Source: an uncultured Planctomycetales bacterium (GTDB lineage: Bacteria; Planctomycetota; Phycisphaerae; UBA1845; PWPN01). Taken from it: a stretch of 64,000 nucleotides of DNA. The stretch's first letter is position 1, and every line of letters begins with the position of its first letter. The stretch spans positions 1,160 through 65,159 of the forward strand of contig CAZEEJ010000004.1 of NCBI GenBank assembly GCA_964511155.1. Reading direction: 5' to 3'. Below, piece by piece: positions 27,557 to 37,098 of the stretch. A program made the position numbers and the translations under genes. The notes beneath the pieces are model-generated. The model did not search any database, was not told the origin of the DNA, and saw nothing but the letters and a program-made list of their open reading frames with translations.

Positions 27557-27563
27557 AAGCAAG

Positions 27564-27634
27564 CCCAGGGATAACCGGCCCGGCGGAGGTCGTCCCGATG
27601 ATGCGGGATTACTGGCGGGCCGGTTATCCCTGGG
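27564..27634. repeat. Family E copy 1: perfect 19-bp inverted repeat with a 33-nt spacer
   Basis: cccagggataaccggcccg (27564..27582) and cggccggttatccctggg with a leading c (27616..27634). The same arms occur at 52861..52932, with the spacer in the opposite orientation. Confidence 0.9.
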
Positions 27635-27675
27635 TTTCGGGATCAGGGATTATGGATCGGGGATCTGCGGACGAC

Positions 27676-27968
27676 CCGCCGCTTGCGGCTTCGCACGACA
27701 GCGTGCAGATTCCCCGTGTGCCACTGCTCTTTGAGCAGTGTCGAGCGCGCCCAACGCCACTGCGTATCCGTGCAGCACCCCGTGCGCCATTGCTCTGTGC
27801 AAGCTTGTTCGTGGACAGAACCGAGTCAACTTGTTCGTGGTCGAGACCGCCCCCCGAAGCACTGCTCAAAGAGCAGTGGCACACGGACCGCGAAGCGGCA
27901 AGCCGGCAGCAAAGCTCATCCCGCTATCCCGCCAACTCACTTGCTAACTCGCGAACTCGCTAACTCGC
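27676..27968. repeat. Repeat-only DNA: a C+B module, an inverted family-B hairpin, a family-H core and an 8-mer array
   Basis: 27676..27740 is ccgccgcttgcggcttcgcacgacagcgtgcagattccccgtgtgccactgctctttgagcagtg. 27860..27883 is cactgctcaaagagcagtggcac (inverted). 27888..27905 is cgcgaagcggcaagccgg. 27934..27968 is aactcacttgctaactcgcgaactcgctaactcgc. Confidence 0.8.
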
Positions 27969-28898
27969 TCACTCCTCCGACTTCGCCGCCGGGCAAAGCT
28001 CGCTCATCGTCTTATGGAAGAAGCTCACGCACTGGGCCACTTCCGGCATCGAGTTCTCCCAGTTGTGCTCGTACTCGACCATCACGCCGCCGCTGAATCC
28101 TTGCCGGTGCAGCTCAGCCAGCAGCGCTCGGGCATTCCCCACCCCCGTGCCCCAGGGCACGTCATGGCTGTCCTTCTTCTTCTCCTTCAGGTCCTTGAAG
28201 TGCGACCAGAGGATGCGCCCTTCCAGCTTCTTCAGGCACTCGAGCGGGTTCAGCCCCGAACGGACCCAGTGCCCGGTATCCGCACACGCCCCGATCCGCT
28301 TGCTCCGCCCCTCGATGGCCTTCAGTACCGTGTCCGGGTTCCAGTACCGCGACGGGGCCGGGTGATTGTGGATGGCCACGTTGATCCGGTACTCGTTGGC
28401 CAGCCGATCGATCATCTCCAGGGTTGCCGGATCCGGTTCCGAAGTAATCGTGGTCACCCCCAGCACCTTGGCGAAGTCAAAGACCTTGCGGGCTGATGCT
28501 TCGTCCTCCCCAAAACCCACGACACCGAACCCCAGAATCCGTACCTGGGCCTCATCGAGTTTGTTCTTGAGCTGGGCGATCAACGCGACCGGCAGGTCAG
28601 GGTTGAACTTCACACCTTCGTGGTCCTTGCTGAACGCCTGCCCCGGGAACGCCTCCATCGTGCGCAACCCCAGCGCCTGGGCCTTCTCGATCGCCTCGAA
28701 CAGCGTGAACAACCGGAATGTATAGGCTTGCGTCCCGACCATCATGCATGGCCCCTCCGGGCAGGCAGCGGGAGCCGCCGCCGCCACCGTACGTGCACAG
28801 CACGGCGCCGCCGCCTGCGCCGCACCGGCAACCATCAGACTCACCAACGCCCCCGCACCCATCATCGTCACCCATGTCCGCATGGTCATCGCCCTCAT
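27969..28898 (-). CDS. Secreted sugar-phosphate isomerase/epimerase-like protein (xylose-isomerase-like TIM barrel)
   Basis: Start placed at the ATG at 28898 (MRAMTMRTWVTMMGAGALVSLMVAGAAQA signal). The core contains INVAIHNHP…, CADTGHW… and VMVEYEH metal-ligand-like motifs. Confidence 0.8.
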   Translation of the reverse strand: MRAMTMRTWVTMMGAGALVSLMVAGAAQAAAPCCARTVAAAAPAACPEGPCMMVGTQAYTFRLFTLFEAIEKAQALGLRTMEAFPGQAFSKDHEGVKFNPDLPVALIAQLKNKLDEAQVRILGFGVVGFGEDEASARKVFDFAKVLGVTTITSEPDPATLEMIDRLANEYRINVAIHNHPAPSRYWNPDTVLKAIEGRSKRIGACADTGHWVRSGLNPLECLKKLEGRILWSHFKDLKEKKKDSHDVPWGTGVGNARALLAELHRQGFSGGVMVEYEHNWENSMPEVAQCVSFFHKTMSELCPAAKSEE

Positions 28899-29138
28899 CT
28901 GCACCCCACGCTCCTGCGCCCGGCACACGCGTGCCCCGGCAACCTCGCACTGCTTGGCGCCCGCCTCAGCGGCACCGTGGGGATTGTAACACGCCCCACC
29001 ACCCGCCGAAAGCCACGAATCGCGATCAACGCGAAGCCATGGTTCACGATCAAAACGCAGTCACCCGTCGCGGGCAAAACCCACGACCCGGCTTGCCTCT
29101 TCGCGGGCAAACCACATCACAAGGCCGCACCGCGGCCC

Positions 29139-30032
29139 TTACGGTCCCAGCACGCCCGCCTCGCCCAGGAATTGTGCGATACGCCGCCAGTAATCCGCCT
29201 CCTCCTCGCCCGATCGCGGCAGGTCGTTGTGCCCAGACGCGTACTCGACGTACACCGCTCGCGGAGCGACCTCTTTCAACCACCTTCCGTGCCTGACGGG
29301 GATGATGGTGTCGCGTGCACCGTGAAAAATCAGCACCGGCACGTCCAGCTCCGCCAGCACGCGGTCGTTGCGGAACGGGTGCCGTGCCAGGAACTGCGGC
29401 ACCCCGTATCCGTACGCCATGCTCGCCAGGCTGGCGAACGTCGACTGCACAATCAAGGCCGCGGGCGGACGCTCCCGGGCCACGTCGCAGGCCACGCCCC
29501 CGCCCAACGACCGCCCATGAAATACGATCCTGGAGCCGTCGACCTCCGGCCGCTCACGCAGCGCATCGACGAAACGGACGCTGTCCTCACGCAAGGCGGC
29601 CTGCGACGGCCGGCCACCCGAAGCCCCGTACCCACGGTACTCCGGCAGCAGCACCGACACGCCCAGCCGGTGATAGCCCGCCACGATGTCGTCCAGGTAA
29701 TCGATGATCTCCGCGTTGCCGTGAAAGAAGACCGCCACCGGCCCCGGTCGCTCGGAACCTACGCCCGGCGCCGGCCGGAACCACGATTCGACCTCAACCC
29801 CCTCCCCCACCGCCAAACGCGTAACCACCACCGACCCGACCGGCGGCCGGGGCAGCGGCGCCGGAGCCATGTCCGCCGGAAAAATCAACCGATCCTGCTG
29901 AAGGTACATCACACCGCACCACGCCGCATACCCGCCCAGCGCATAAACCGCCACCCGAAACCACAGCCGCCGCAGCCTGCGCCTGCCGCCCCCGTCGTAG
30001 GCCTCCAGCCGTTCAGAATCACCTTCCGCCAT
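29139..30032 (-). CDS. Alpha/beta hydrolase, membrane-anchored
   Basis: 297 aa. N-terminal TM. Nucleophile elbow HGRSLGGG. Later D and H residues (HGARDTIIP…SGHND). Confidence 0.8.
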   Translation of the reverse strand: MAEGDSERLEAYDGGGRRRLRRLWFRVAVYALGGYAAWCGVMYLQQDRLIFPADMAPAPLPRPPVGSVVVTRLAVGEGVEVESWFRPAPGVGSERPGPVAVFFHGNAEIIDYLDDIVAGYHRLGVSVLLPEYRGYGASGGRPSQAALREDSVRFVDALRERPEVDGSRIVFHGRSLGGGVACDVARERPPAALIVQSTFASLASMAYGYGVPQFLARHPFRNDRVLAELDVPVLIFHGARDTIIPVRHGRWLKEVAPRAVYVEYASGHNDLPRSGEEEADYWRRIAQFLGEAGVLGP

Positions 30033-30063
30033 ATTGCACCTCCTGCCGGCGGCGTCCCTACCA

Positions 30064-30170
30064 AGTCCAAGGCAACTTGTTGCCGCTCATCAGATACGCT
30101 TGGGCACGTCCATCGACAGGTTGGCTCGGTCCTTGGTGAATCGACACCCCGCCGATTCTGTCGCAGACCC
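30064..30170. repeat. Repeat family G, copy 2 (inverted relative to copy 1; left outer arm missing)
   Basis: gtccaaggcaacttgttgcc…gggcacgtccatcgacaggttggctcggtcc…ccccgccgattctgtcgcagaccc aligns with the reverse complement of 8296..8410. It lies in the divergent hydrolase/cdsA intergenic region. Confidence 0.7.
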
Positions 30171-30256
30171 AATCCGTCCGGCGAACTCACGCTCCCGTAG
30201 ACGGAGCCCGCACCCTCGCATAGCATAACCGCTCCCCGTAACGGAGACCGTCGCTT

Positions 30257-31219
30257 ATGCTTTTCGAGAGAGTGCTCTTCGGCAGTCTGATGATCGGTGC
30301 CCTGGTCGGCCTCATCATCCTCGATACCTGGCTATCGAGCCCCACCGTGCCACAAGCCACGGCCCCGGTCTCCGGCGCCCCGGTTGGGCTGCGGACCAGT
30401 GCGCTCCCGGTCCTGCTCGTTTTGACCGCGTTGACCGTCTTGGCCACTTATGAGCTGGGGGGCCTCCTGACCAAAGGAGGCTATCGGCCGGCCACGCACT
30501 GGGCAGCATTCGTCGGGGCCGGCCTCGTGGCCATCCCCTGGGCCGTTCGCCAACAGGCCGCCCGCGCCGACGCCGCCTGGCTCGACCTTACCGACGTCAG
30601 CCTCTCCATGACCGCCTTCTGGCTCGCTGGAGGCGTCATCGGCGCCGCCCTCGCCGTCTTGGCCCGCAAGAAAACCGAGCAAGCCTTCGCCCACATGGCG
30701 GCGACGGTCTTCATGTTCATTTACCTCGGCCTGCTCGCCTCCTTCATCATGCGCATCCGATGTCTGGATCCCGGCCCGGCCGGAGCCATCCTCGTGCTCT
30801 ACTGCATCCTGGTGATTAAGGTCGGCGACATCGGCGCTTATTTCACGGGAAGGTTTCTAGGCAAGCACCCCCTCGCCCCGTGGCTGAGCCCCAAAAAGAC
30901 AGTGGAGGGCTTCTTCGGCGCCGTGGTGGCCGCGGCCGCCTTCGCCGCCGCCGTCATGCCCCTCTGGGCTGCCAAAGGGGGTACGGCCTTTGGAGCTGCA
31001 CCCTTCAAAATGTCGCAAGCTATTGTATTCGGGATACTTATGGCCACCATGGGGCATCTGGGCGACCTGACCGAATCCGCTCTCAAACGCGACATCGGAG
31101 TGAAGCACTCCGGGGGGGCCAGCGCATCCTTCGGCGGACTGCTGGATATTCTCGATTCTCCGCTCTTTGCGGCCCCGGTCGCCTGGTGGGCGCTGACAAT
31201 TCTGGCCGAAGCGCGATAA
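30257..31219 (+). CDS. cdsA: Phosphatidate cytidylyltransferase
   Basis: 320 aa, polytopic. SPKKTVEGFFGA and GDLTESALKRDIGVKH motifs. Confidence 0.85.
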   Translation: MLFERVLFGSLMIGALVGLIILDTWLSSPTVPQATAPVSGAPVGLRTSALPVLLVLTALTVLATYELGGLLTKGGYRPATHWAAFVGAGLVAIPWAVRQQAARADAAWLDLTDVSLSMTAFWLAGGVIGAALAVLARKKTEQAFAHMAATVFMFIYLGLLASFIMRIRCLDPGPAGAILVLYCILVIKVGDIGAYFTGRFLGKHPLAPWLSPKKTVEGFFGAVVAAAAFAAAVMPLWAAKGGTAFGAAPFKMSQAIVFGILMATMGHLGDLTESALKRDIGVKHSGGASASFGGLLDILDSPLFAAPVAWWALTILAEAR

Positions 31220-31244
31220 AATAGAGGATGTCGGGCGTACGCTG

Positions 31245-32255
31245 TTGGCGGGACGGGTTCCGTCGCGGGATTCGCGGGCCGGCGCTGCCCCTGGACGGGA
31301 GACGACGAAGACGTTGGAACTCACCATCACGCTGGACGACTCCAGCAAACGTGCGGCCCTGTTCGGGTCGGGCGACCGGCACCTGCGTCTGATCCGCGGA
31401 GCCCTCGGCGTGCAGATCACGGCGCGGGACTCGTCGGTCAAGCTATCCGGCAGTGCCCAGGCCGTCGGACAGGCGGCAACCGTTCTGGAGGAACTCCAGC
31501 GACTCCTGCGTGGGCGCAACGACCTCATGGATGACCAGGTGATCGAAGTCCTGCAATACGCCAGTCAGGTCGGGGAAACGAAGAACGGCAACGGCGACGC
31601 CATTGACGTCTATACGCGCCACGCGGTCATCCGCCCACGGACGGACGGGCAGCGGTTGTACATTGACGCCATCCGCGAACACGACCTCGTGGTATGCGTG
31701 GGGCCGGCCGGCTCGGGCAAAACCTACCTGGCCGTGGCGATGGCCGTCTCGATGCTCAAGGCCGGCCTGATCCAGCGTGTGATCCTGGTCCGCCCGGCAG
31801 TCGAGGCCGGCGAGAAGCTGGGCTATCTGCCGGGCGACATGCAGGCCAAAGTCAACCCCTACCTGCGACCGATTTTCGACGCCATGCACGACATGATGGG
31901 CTTCGACCAGATCAAGCGGTTCATCGCCAACGACGTGATCGAGGTGGCCCCGCTGGCGTTCATGCGCGGGCGGACGTTGAACAACAGTGCCATCATCCTG
32001 GACGAAGCCCAGAACACGACCTGCGCCCAGATGCTCATGTTCCTCACCCGGCTGGGGCACCGGAGCAAGATGATCGTGACCGGAGACGACAGCCAGATTG
32101 ACCTGGAACAGCCGGAGAAGTCCGGCGTGACGGACGCCCTGCGGCGGTTGAAGGGCGTAGCGGGTGTGTCGATCATCCGGCTGAGCCACCAGGATATCGT
32201 GCGGCATCCGCTGGTTCAGGATATCGTAACCGCCTATGCAAGGCGGGAGGAATGA
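31245..32255 (+). CDS. phoH: PhoH-like ATPase
   Basis: TTG start as given in the track. Walker A GPAGSGKTYLAVA, then GYLPGDMQAKVNPYLRP and LDEAQNTT. Confidence 0.9.
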   Translation: MAGRVPSRDSRAGAAPGRETTKTLELTITLDDSSKRAALFGSGDRHLRLIRGALGVQITARDSSVKLSGSAQAVGQAATVLEELQRLLRGRNDLMDDQVIEVLQYASQVGETKNGNGDAIDVYTRHAVIRPRTDGQRLYIDAIREHDLVVCVGPAGSGKTYLAVAMAVSMLKAGLIQRVILVRPAVEAGEKLGYLPGDMQAKVNPYLRPIFDAMHDMMGFDQIKRFIANDVIEVAPLAFMRGRTLNNSAIILDEAQNTTCAQMLMFLTRLGHRSKMIVTGDDSQIDLEQPEKSGVTDALRRLKGVAGVSIIRLSHQDIVRHPLVQDIVTAYARREE

Positions 32256-32281
32256 TATTAAAGGCGGGAGGAATGATATTA
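32240..32281 (+). repeat. Perfect 21-bp tandem duplication spanning the phoH stop codon
   Basis: aaggcgggaggaatgatatta occurs twice (32240..32260 and 32261..32281). The first copy contains the last 13 coding nt plus the TGA of phoH. Confidence 0.9.
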
Positions 32282-32483
32282 TCGGACGCCGGCTGTGGCA
32301 GTGGCGCACCGCGGCCGGGTTGACGATGATGTAGGAGCACGCGCCGTCCCGGGATCCGAGGAGCGGCACTCCCGACGGAACGGCCGGTGGGGTCGCCCTT
32401 GGCGTGAAGCCGGCGCCGCCCGGAACCGGCAGCCGGATCAAACCCGTGGGGCAGCGCTCCGCGGCTCGTTCGGACGATGAGCA

Positions 32484-34937
32484 GTGAAACAGAAACCCAC
32501 CACACGACAGGAGGCCCGGCGACAGGACGCCCGACGCCGGCTCAGCCAGCAGCGGACGACGCTGTGGCAACAGTTCATCCATCCCCGCCACCCGGCAGGG
32601 TTCCTGGTGTGGGCCGGCTTTTACGTCGCGGTGGTCGTCATCATGCAGGCGGGCAGCAAGTCCATGCCCCGCCGCCTGGGCGAACTGGTTGACAACGACA
32701 TCACCGCACGGGTGGCCTTCGAGATCGTGGACACGGTTGCGACGCAGGACCAACGGCAGGTAGCCGCCGCCGCCGCACCGGACGTTTACCTCCGCAACCC
32801 GGTTCCCCTGGCCTCCATCCGCGGCAAGCTGACGGAGCTGCTGGCCCTCGCGAAGGCATCGGCGGGCGATCAGGCCCAGTTCACTGAGCAGGCGACCGCC
32901 AAGGGCTGGGCGATTACCGAGGAGGGCTTCGAGGCCCTCAAGCCCTTCTGCGAGGAAGGTCGGGGCAGCGCGTATGAGGCCCTGGTCAACGCGCTGGTGG
33001 CCGACTTCGGCCGGACGTACATCGTCCACAAACCGGACACGTCCGACCGCGAAACCACGCCCCGGACCTCGATCCTGCGCAGCAAGGAACAGGACCGGAC
33101 GATGGAGACGGAGATCCTCACCAACCAGCTCCGGTACATCACCGACGCGCGGGCGGTCCGGCAACTCGCCGAGCAGGCAGCGGCACGGCACTTCCCCGTC
33201 CCCCTGCACACCCCGGTAGCCAGCCTGATCGCCCAGACCCTGCTGGGCTCGCCGGGCAAGGATCCGCCGACGCTGACCCCGCTGTGGCGCTACGATGCGC
33301 CGGCGACCGCGGAAGCCATCAAGGAGGCCCAGGAGGGCGTCCGCCCGATCACCATCCGCAAGCAGCCGGGCGACCTGCTGGTCCGGGCGGGAACGATTCT
33401 ATCGAGCCCGGAGTTCGAGTTGCTCCATACCGAACACGAGGAATACCTGCGAGCGGAGAAGAGCGTCCCCGAACTGTATCGCAAGAAACTGCTGACCGAA
33501 CTGGGGATGGCGGTACTGCTGCTGATGGTGACGGTGGGGCTGGCGGCGTACACCGCCGCGTACCAGGACCGGATCTTCGAGAAACCGGCACGGACGCTGG
33601 CCCTGGCGGCCCTGCTAGCGGCAGTCATTCTGGGCAGTCGGCTGCTGGACCAGGTGCAGTTCCCTTCTCACCCGCCGGCCGAGTTCGCCGCCGGGCTGAT
33701 CGTGATCGCAGCCATGCTGTTGACGATCGCCTACAACCAGCGGTTCGCCTTCGGGTGCGGGGCGGGACTGGCCATCCTGGTGACGCTGGCCTGCCGGGGC
33801 GACTTCGAGCTCTTCCTGACGCTGATGGTCGGGATGTCGGTGGCCGTCTTCGCGCTGAATGAAATCCGCACGCGCAGCAAGGTTGTGGCGGTGGGGGCGA
33901 TGGCCGGGGCCGGTGCGTTGTTGGCGTCGCTGGCCACCGGGCTGCTCGCCGGCCAGGATCTCAAGTACGTGGTGGCCCACGCCCTGGCGGCGGGGGGCAC
34001 GGCCTTGTTCGCCGGGTTTATCGTACAGGGCATTCTGCCGCATTTCGAGCGGTTGTTCAGTATCGCCACAAGCATGACCCTGCTGGAATGGTGCGATGCG
34101 AGCCGGCCACTGCTTCGCCGCCTCGCACAGGAGGCCCCTGGCACTTACAGCCACTCCCTGATCATCAGCCAAATGGCCGAGGAGGCCGCCGAGTCCATCG
34201 GGGCCAACGGCCTGCTGGCCCGCGTCGGAGCCCTCTACCACGACATCGGCAAGACGCAGAAGGCCGCCTATTTCGTCGAGAACCAGGAAGCGCGGATGAA
34301 CCGCCACGATCGGCTCTCGCCGACCATGAGCCTGCTGGTCATCACCGGGCACGTCAAGGACGGGCTGGAGATGGCCAGGGCGTACGGGCTGCCTCGGGCC
34401 CTGCACCAGTTCATTCTGGAACATCACGGAACGACGGTGGTGAAGTACTTCCACCACGCGGCCACCGAGGCTGCCGCGCGCAACACGGGCCGGCACGACC
34501 GCGAGGTATCCGAGAGCGAGTTCCGTTACCCGGGACCGCGGCCGCGGACGCGCGAGTCGGCCATCCTGATGCTCTGTGACGGCTGCGAAGGAGCGGTGCG
34601 GGCCCTGGCGGAGCCGACCCCCGGACGCATCGAAAGCACCGTACACATGGTGGTCATGGACCGGCTCACGGACGGGCAATTCGACGATTGCGACATCACC
34701 ATGCGCGATCTGAGCATGGTCGAGCAGTCGATCGTGAAGAGCCTGTGCGCGATCCACCACGGCCGCATCAAGTACCCCAAGGACACGCGTGAGTCGTCGG
34801 GGGAAGCCCGGCGGCCCCCGACGGCCCCTGAGCCGGCGGGGACTGGGCTGCGTCCCGCGGCGCCGCCCGAGGAGGATCCGGCTTCGGCGTCGCCCTCCCC
34901 CGCGCCTCGTACTCGGGAGGTTGCACGCCAGGCGTGA
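32484..34937 (+). CDS. pgpH: 7TM-HD membrane phosphohydrolase (PgpH/YqfF-like)
   Basis: 817 aa. Large N-terminal extracytoplasmic region, a multi-TM block, then an HD domain (ALYHDIGK…EHHGT). Confidence 0.8.
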   Translation: MKQKPTTRQEARRQDARRRLSQQRTTLWQQFIHPRHPAGFLVWAGFYVAVVVIMQAGSKSMPRRLGELVDNDITARVAFEIVDTVATQDQRQVAAAAAPDVYLRNPVPLASIRGKLTELLALAKASAGDQAQFTEQATAKGWAITEEGFEALKPFCEEGRGSAYEALVNALVADFGRTYIVHKPDTSDRETTPRTSILRSKEQDRTMETEILTNQLRYITDARAVRQLAEQAAARHFPVPLHTPVASLIAQTLLGSPGKDPPTLTPLWRYDAPATAEAIKEAQEGVRPITIRKQPGDLLVRAGTILSSPEFELLHTEHEEYLRAEKSVPELYRKKLLTELGMAVLLLMVTVGLAAYTAAYQDRIFEKPARTLALAALLAAVILGSRLLDQVQFPSHPPAEFAAGLIVIAAMLLTIAYNQRFAFGCGAGLAILVTLACRGDFELFLTLMVGMSVAVFALNEIRTRSKVVAVGAMAGAGALLASLATGLLAGQDLKYVVAHALAAGGTALFAGFIVQGILPHFERLFSIATSMTLLEWCDASRPLLRRLAQEAPGTYSHSLIISQMAEEAAESIGANGLLARVGALYHDIGKTQKAAYFVENQEARMNRHDRLSPTMSLLVITGHVKDGLEMARAYGLPRALHQFILEHHGTTVVKYFHHAATEAAARNTGRHDREVSESEFRYPGPRPRTRESAILMLCDGCEGAVRALAEPTPGRIESTVHMVVMDRLTDGQFDDCDITMRDLSMVEQSIVKSLCAIHHGRIKYPKDTRESSGEARRPPTAPEPAGTGLRPAAPPEEDPASASPSPAPRTREVARQA

Positions 34938-35422
34938 ACGAACCGAAGGACAGTTCCGGCGACGACGACGGTCCAGGTCGCGTGACCGTGCGCAGTCTGG
35001 TCCGCGTGAAAGGCCTCACCGCCAGACGGCTGGCTCGGGCGGTGCGTGCCGCGATGGGTGACCGGGTCATTCGATCCGTGAGCGTGGCCGTGGTCAACGA
35101 TGCCACGATCGCCGACCTGCACCAGCGTTTCCTGGGCGATCCCGCCCCCACCGACGTACTGAGTTTCGATCTGAGGGATGATCCTTCCGCGGAGGCCATC
35201 GACGGTGAGATCGTGGTCTCAGCGGAGACGGCGGCCCGTCAGGCCCAGCAACTCGGAATCGCTCTGGACCAGGAGATTCTCCGTTACGTTGTCCATGGCG
35301 CGCTCCATCTGGTAGGCTACGACGACGCGACGGCGGCACAGCGCCGGCAAATGCGGGCGCGGGAGGATCGGGTGCTGGCACATTTGGCGGCAACCGGTCG
35401 CCCGAAAGCCCGCCGGCAATAA
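34934..35422 (+). CDS. ybeY: Endoribonuclease YbeY
   Basis: The GTG overlaps the pgpH TGA (GTGA). The H-x3-H-x5-H motif appears as VVHGALHLVGYDD. Confidence 0.9.
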   Translation: MNEPKDSSGDDDGPGRVTVRSLVRVKGLTARRLARAVRAAMGDRVIRSVSVAVVNDATIADLHQRFLGDPAPTDVLSFDLRDDPSAEAIDGEIVVSAETAARQAQQLGIALDQEILRYVVHGALHLVGYDDATAAQRRQMRAREDRVLAHLAATGRPKARRQ

Positions 35423-35427
35423 CACCT

Positions 35428-36723
35428 GTGACTGGAGGAATCCACGACGTGTTTCAAACCGAACTGTGGGCCGCCCTGGCACTCACCGCCCTGATCACCC
35501 TCTCTACGACCGCTCACGTCGCCATTCGCCATTGTTCGCGCGTGCGGCTTTCCGAGCGGCTGGATCGCGTGGGCCGGGGCGCTCGGCTTCAACAGTTCAT
35601 CGACCACCGCGCCACGCTGATCTTCTGCTCGTCGGTCGTGCGGATCGCCGCGATCCTGGCTCTGGCGCTGCTGATTACCCACATGCTCGCCCCTGCCGGC
35701 GGCCGTGAAACCCTGGCACAGTATCTGGGCGCCTTCAGCATCTCCGTGGTCGTCGTGCTCGTCTTCGGCGTGGCCATTCCCAACGCCTGGGCCCAATACG
35801 GAGACGACGCGTTCCTGGTGGCCACGTTGCCCGTGCTGCTGGGCTTGCGCTATGTGTTCACGCCCCTGTTGGCGTTCGAGCGGTTGGCCGACGGCCTGGT
35901 GCGCCGACTGGCCGGCGTGCCCAAGAGCGACGCGAAGCAGGACGAAGCCGACCAGATCGAAAAGGAGATCCTCGGGGCGGTCAGCGAAGGCGAGTTGGCC
36001 GGCGCCGTCCACGAGCAGGACGCCGAGATGATCGAGTCCGTCATGGCCTTCCGCGACAAGGACGTGGCGGACATCATGACCCCCCGGACCGAAATCGCCG
36101 CCCTACCGGCCACCGCCACGCTGATCGAGGCCAAGGAGTTCATCACCCGCGTCGGGCACTCGCGCATACCGGTCTACGCGGAGAGCCTCGACGACGTGCG
36201 CGGCGTGCTCTACGCCAAGGACTTGCTCATGCTCGAGGATCGCGACTTCTTCGATCCCACCGAGGTGATGCGCAAGGTGCCGTTCGTACCGGAGACCAAG
36301 AAGGTCTCGGACCTGCTGGCGGAGATGCGCGAGAAACAGGTCCACCTGGCCATCGTGGTGGACGAGTACGGCGGGACCGCGGGGCTGGTCAGCATCGAGG
36401 ACATCGTCGAGGAGATCATCGGGGACATTGCCGACGAGTACGAGCCGCCCGAGCCCGAGCCGATGCGTCGAATCGACCCGCACACCCTGGAGATCGACGC
36501 CCGGGTACACATCGACGAGCTGAACGAGGAGCTCGACGTCGAGCTGCCCGAGGGCCCGGACTACGACACGGTCGGCGGATTCCTGTTCAGCGAGATGGGC
36601 AAGATCCCGATCGCCGGCGAGGAGCTGCGTTATCAGAACGTACGGTTCCACGTCCTGGACGCCGAGGAGCGCAAGATCAACCGCCTGCGGGTCGAGGTCT
36701 TGCCGGAAGAGCCGGGAGAGTGA
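35428..36723 (+). CDS. CNNM/CorC-family (hemolysin-like) protein: DUF21 TM domain, CBS pair and CorC_HlyC domain
   Basis: 431 aa. An N-terminal 4-TM domain, a CBS region (DIMTPRTEI…GHSRIPVY) and a C-terminal transporter-associated domain. Confidence 0.9.
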   Translation: MTGGIHDVFQTELWAALALTALITLSTTAHVAIRHCSRVRLSERLDRVGRGARLQQFIDHRATLIFCSSVVRIAAILALALLITHMLAPAGGRETLAQYLGAFSISVVVVLVFGVAIPNAWAQYGDDAFLVATLPVLLGLRYVFTPLLAFERLADGLVRRLAGVPKSDAKQDEADQIEKEILGAVSEGELAGAVHEQDAEMIESVMAFRDKDVADIMTPRTEIAALPATATLIEAKEFITRVGHSRIPVYAESLDDVRGVLYAKDLLMLEDRDFFDPTEVMRKVPFVPETKKVSDLLAEMREKQVHLAIVVDEYGGTAGLVSIEDIVEEIIGDIADEYEPPEPEPMRRIDPHTLEIDARVHIDELNEELDVELPEGPDYDTVGGFLFSEMGKIPIAGEELRYQNVRFHVLDAEERKINRLRVEVLPEEPGE

Positions 36724-36775
36724 GCAACGAACGTGGCGGTCGCGCGGTGCGGTATCTTGCCTTTAGGCGATATGA

Positions 36776-36799
36776 AGTGTATACTCATAGTGTATACTC
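36776..36799 (+). promoter_or_regulatory. Putative operator of TA module 1: two direct 11-mers, each containing the palindrome GTATAC
   Basis: AGTGTATACTC at AGTGTATACTC lies 45 nt upstream of the antitoxin ATG. Confidence 0.45.
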
Positions 36800-36843
36800 T
36801 GGTCAGTCCTTGGCCAAGGGATGCTGACCCAGGAGTGCCCGAC

Positions 36844-37098
36844 ATGAAGGCCTCATTTGTCGACTTGCGGAAGAAATCGAGTGAGATCATCCGTGCATTG
36901 GACCGCAATGAACGGGTAACCGTTCTCTATCGCGGCCGCCCCAAGGCGGTCATGCATCCCGTTGGAGCGGAAGACGGCTCCGCGGTTTCCCGCGTCACAG
37001 GCCATCCTGCTTTCGGTCTGTGGGCAGGCCGACAGGATATAACAGACGTGGCTGACCATGTCCGCAAGCTACGACAAGGGCGGTTCCTTGATCTTTGA
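36844..37098 (+). CDS. Type II antitoxin, Phd/YefM-like
   Basis: ORF trimmed to the ATG at 36844 (MKASFVDLRKKSSEIIRALDRNERVTVLYRGRPKAVMHPV). It overlaps the PIN gene. Confidence 0.7.
   Translation: MKASFVDLRKKSSEIIRALDRNERVTVLYRGRPKAVMHPVGAEDGSAVSRVTGHPAFGLWAGRQDITDVADHVRKLRQGRFLDL

Noticed and set aside
27391-27963. 190-aa ORF (and 27360..27734) encoding Gly/Ser/Asp/Arg/Ile repeats, which could look like a repetitive protein
   Set aside because: It is a translation of the heptad array and other non-coding repeat modules that recur in both orientations elsewhere. There is no RBS, and all three frames are open across the array.
29121-29140. Hairpin aaggccgc-acc-gcggccctt at the alpha/beta-hydrolase stop as a terminator
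   Set aside because: The stem is imperfect and overlaps the stop codon, and there is no U tract. It is too weak to call.
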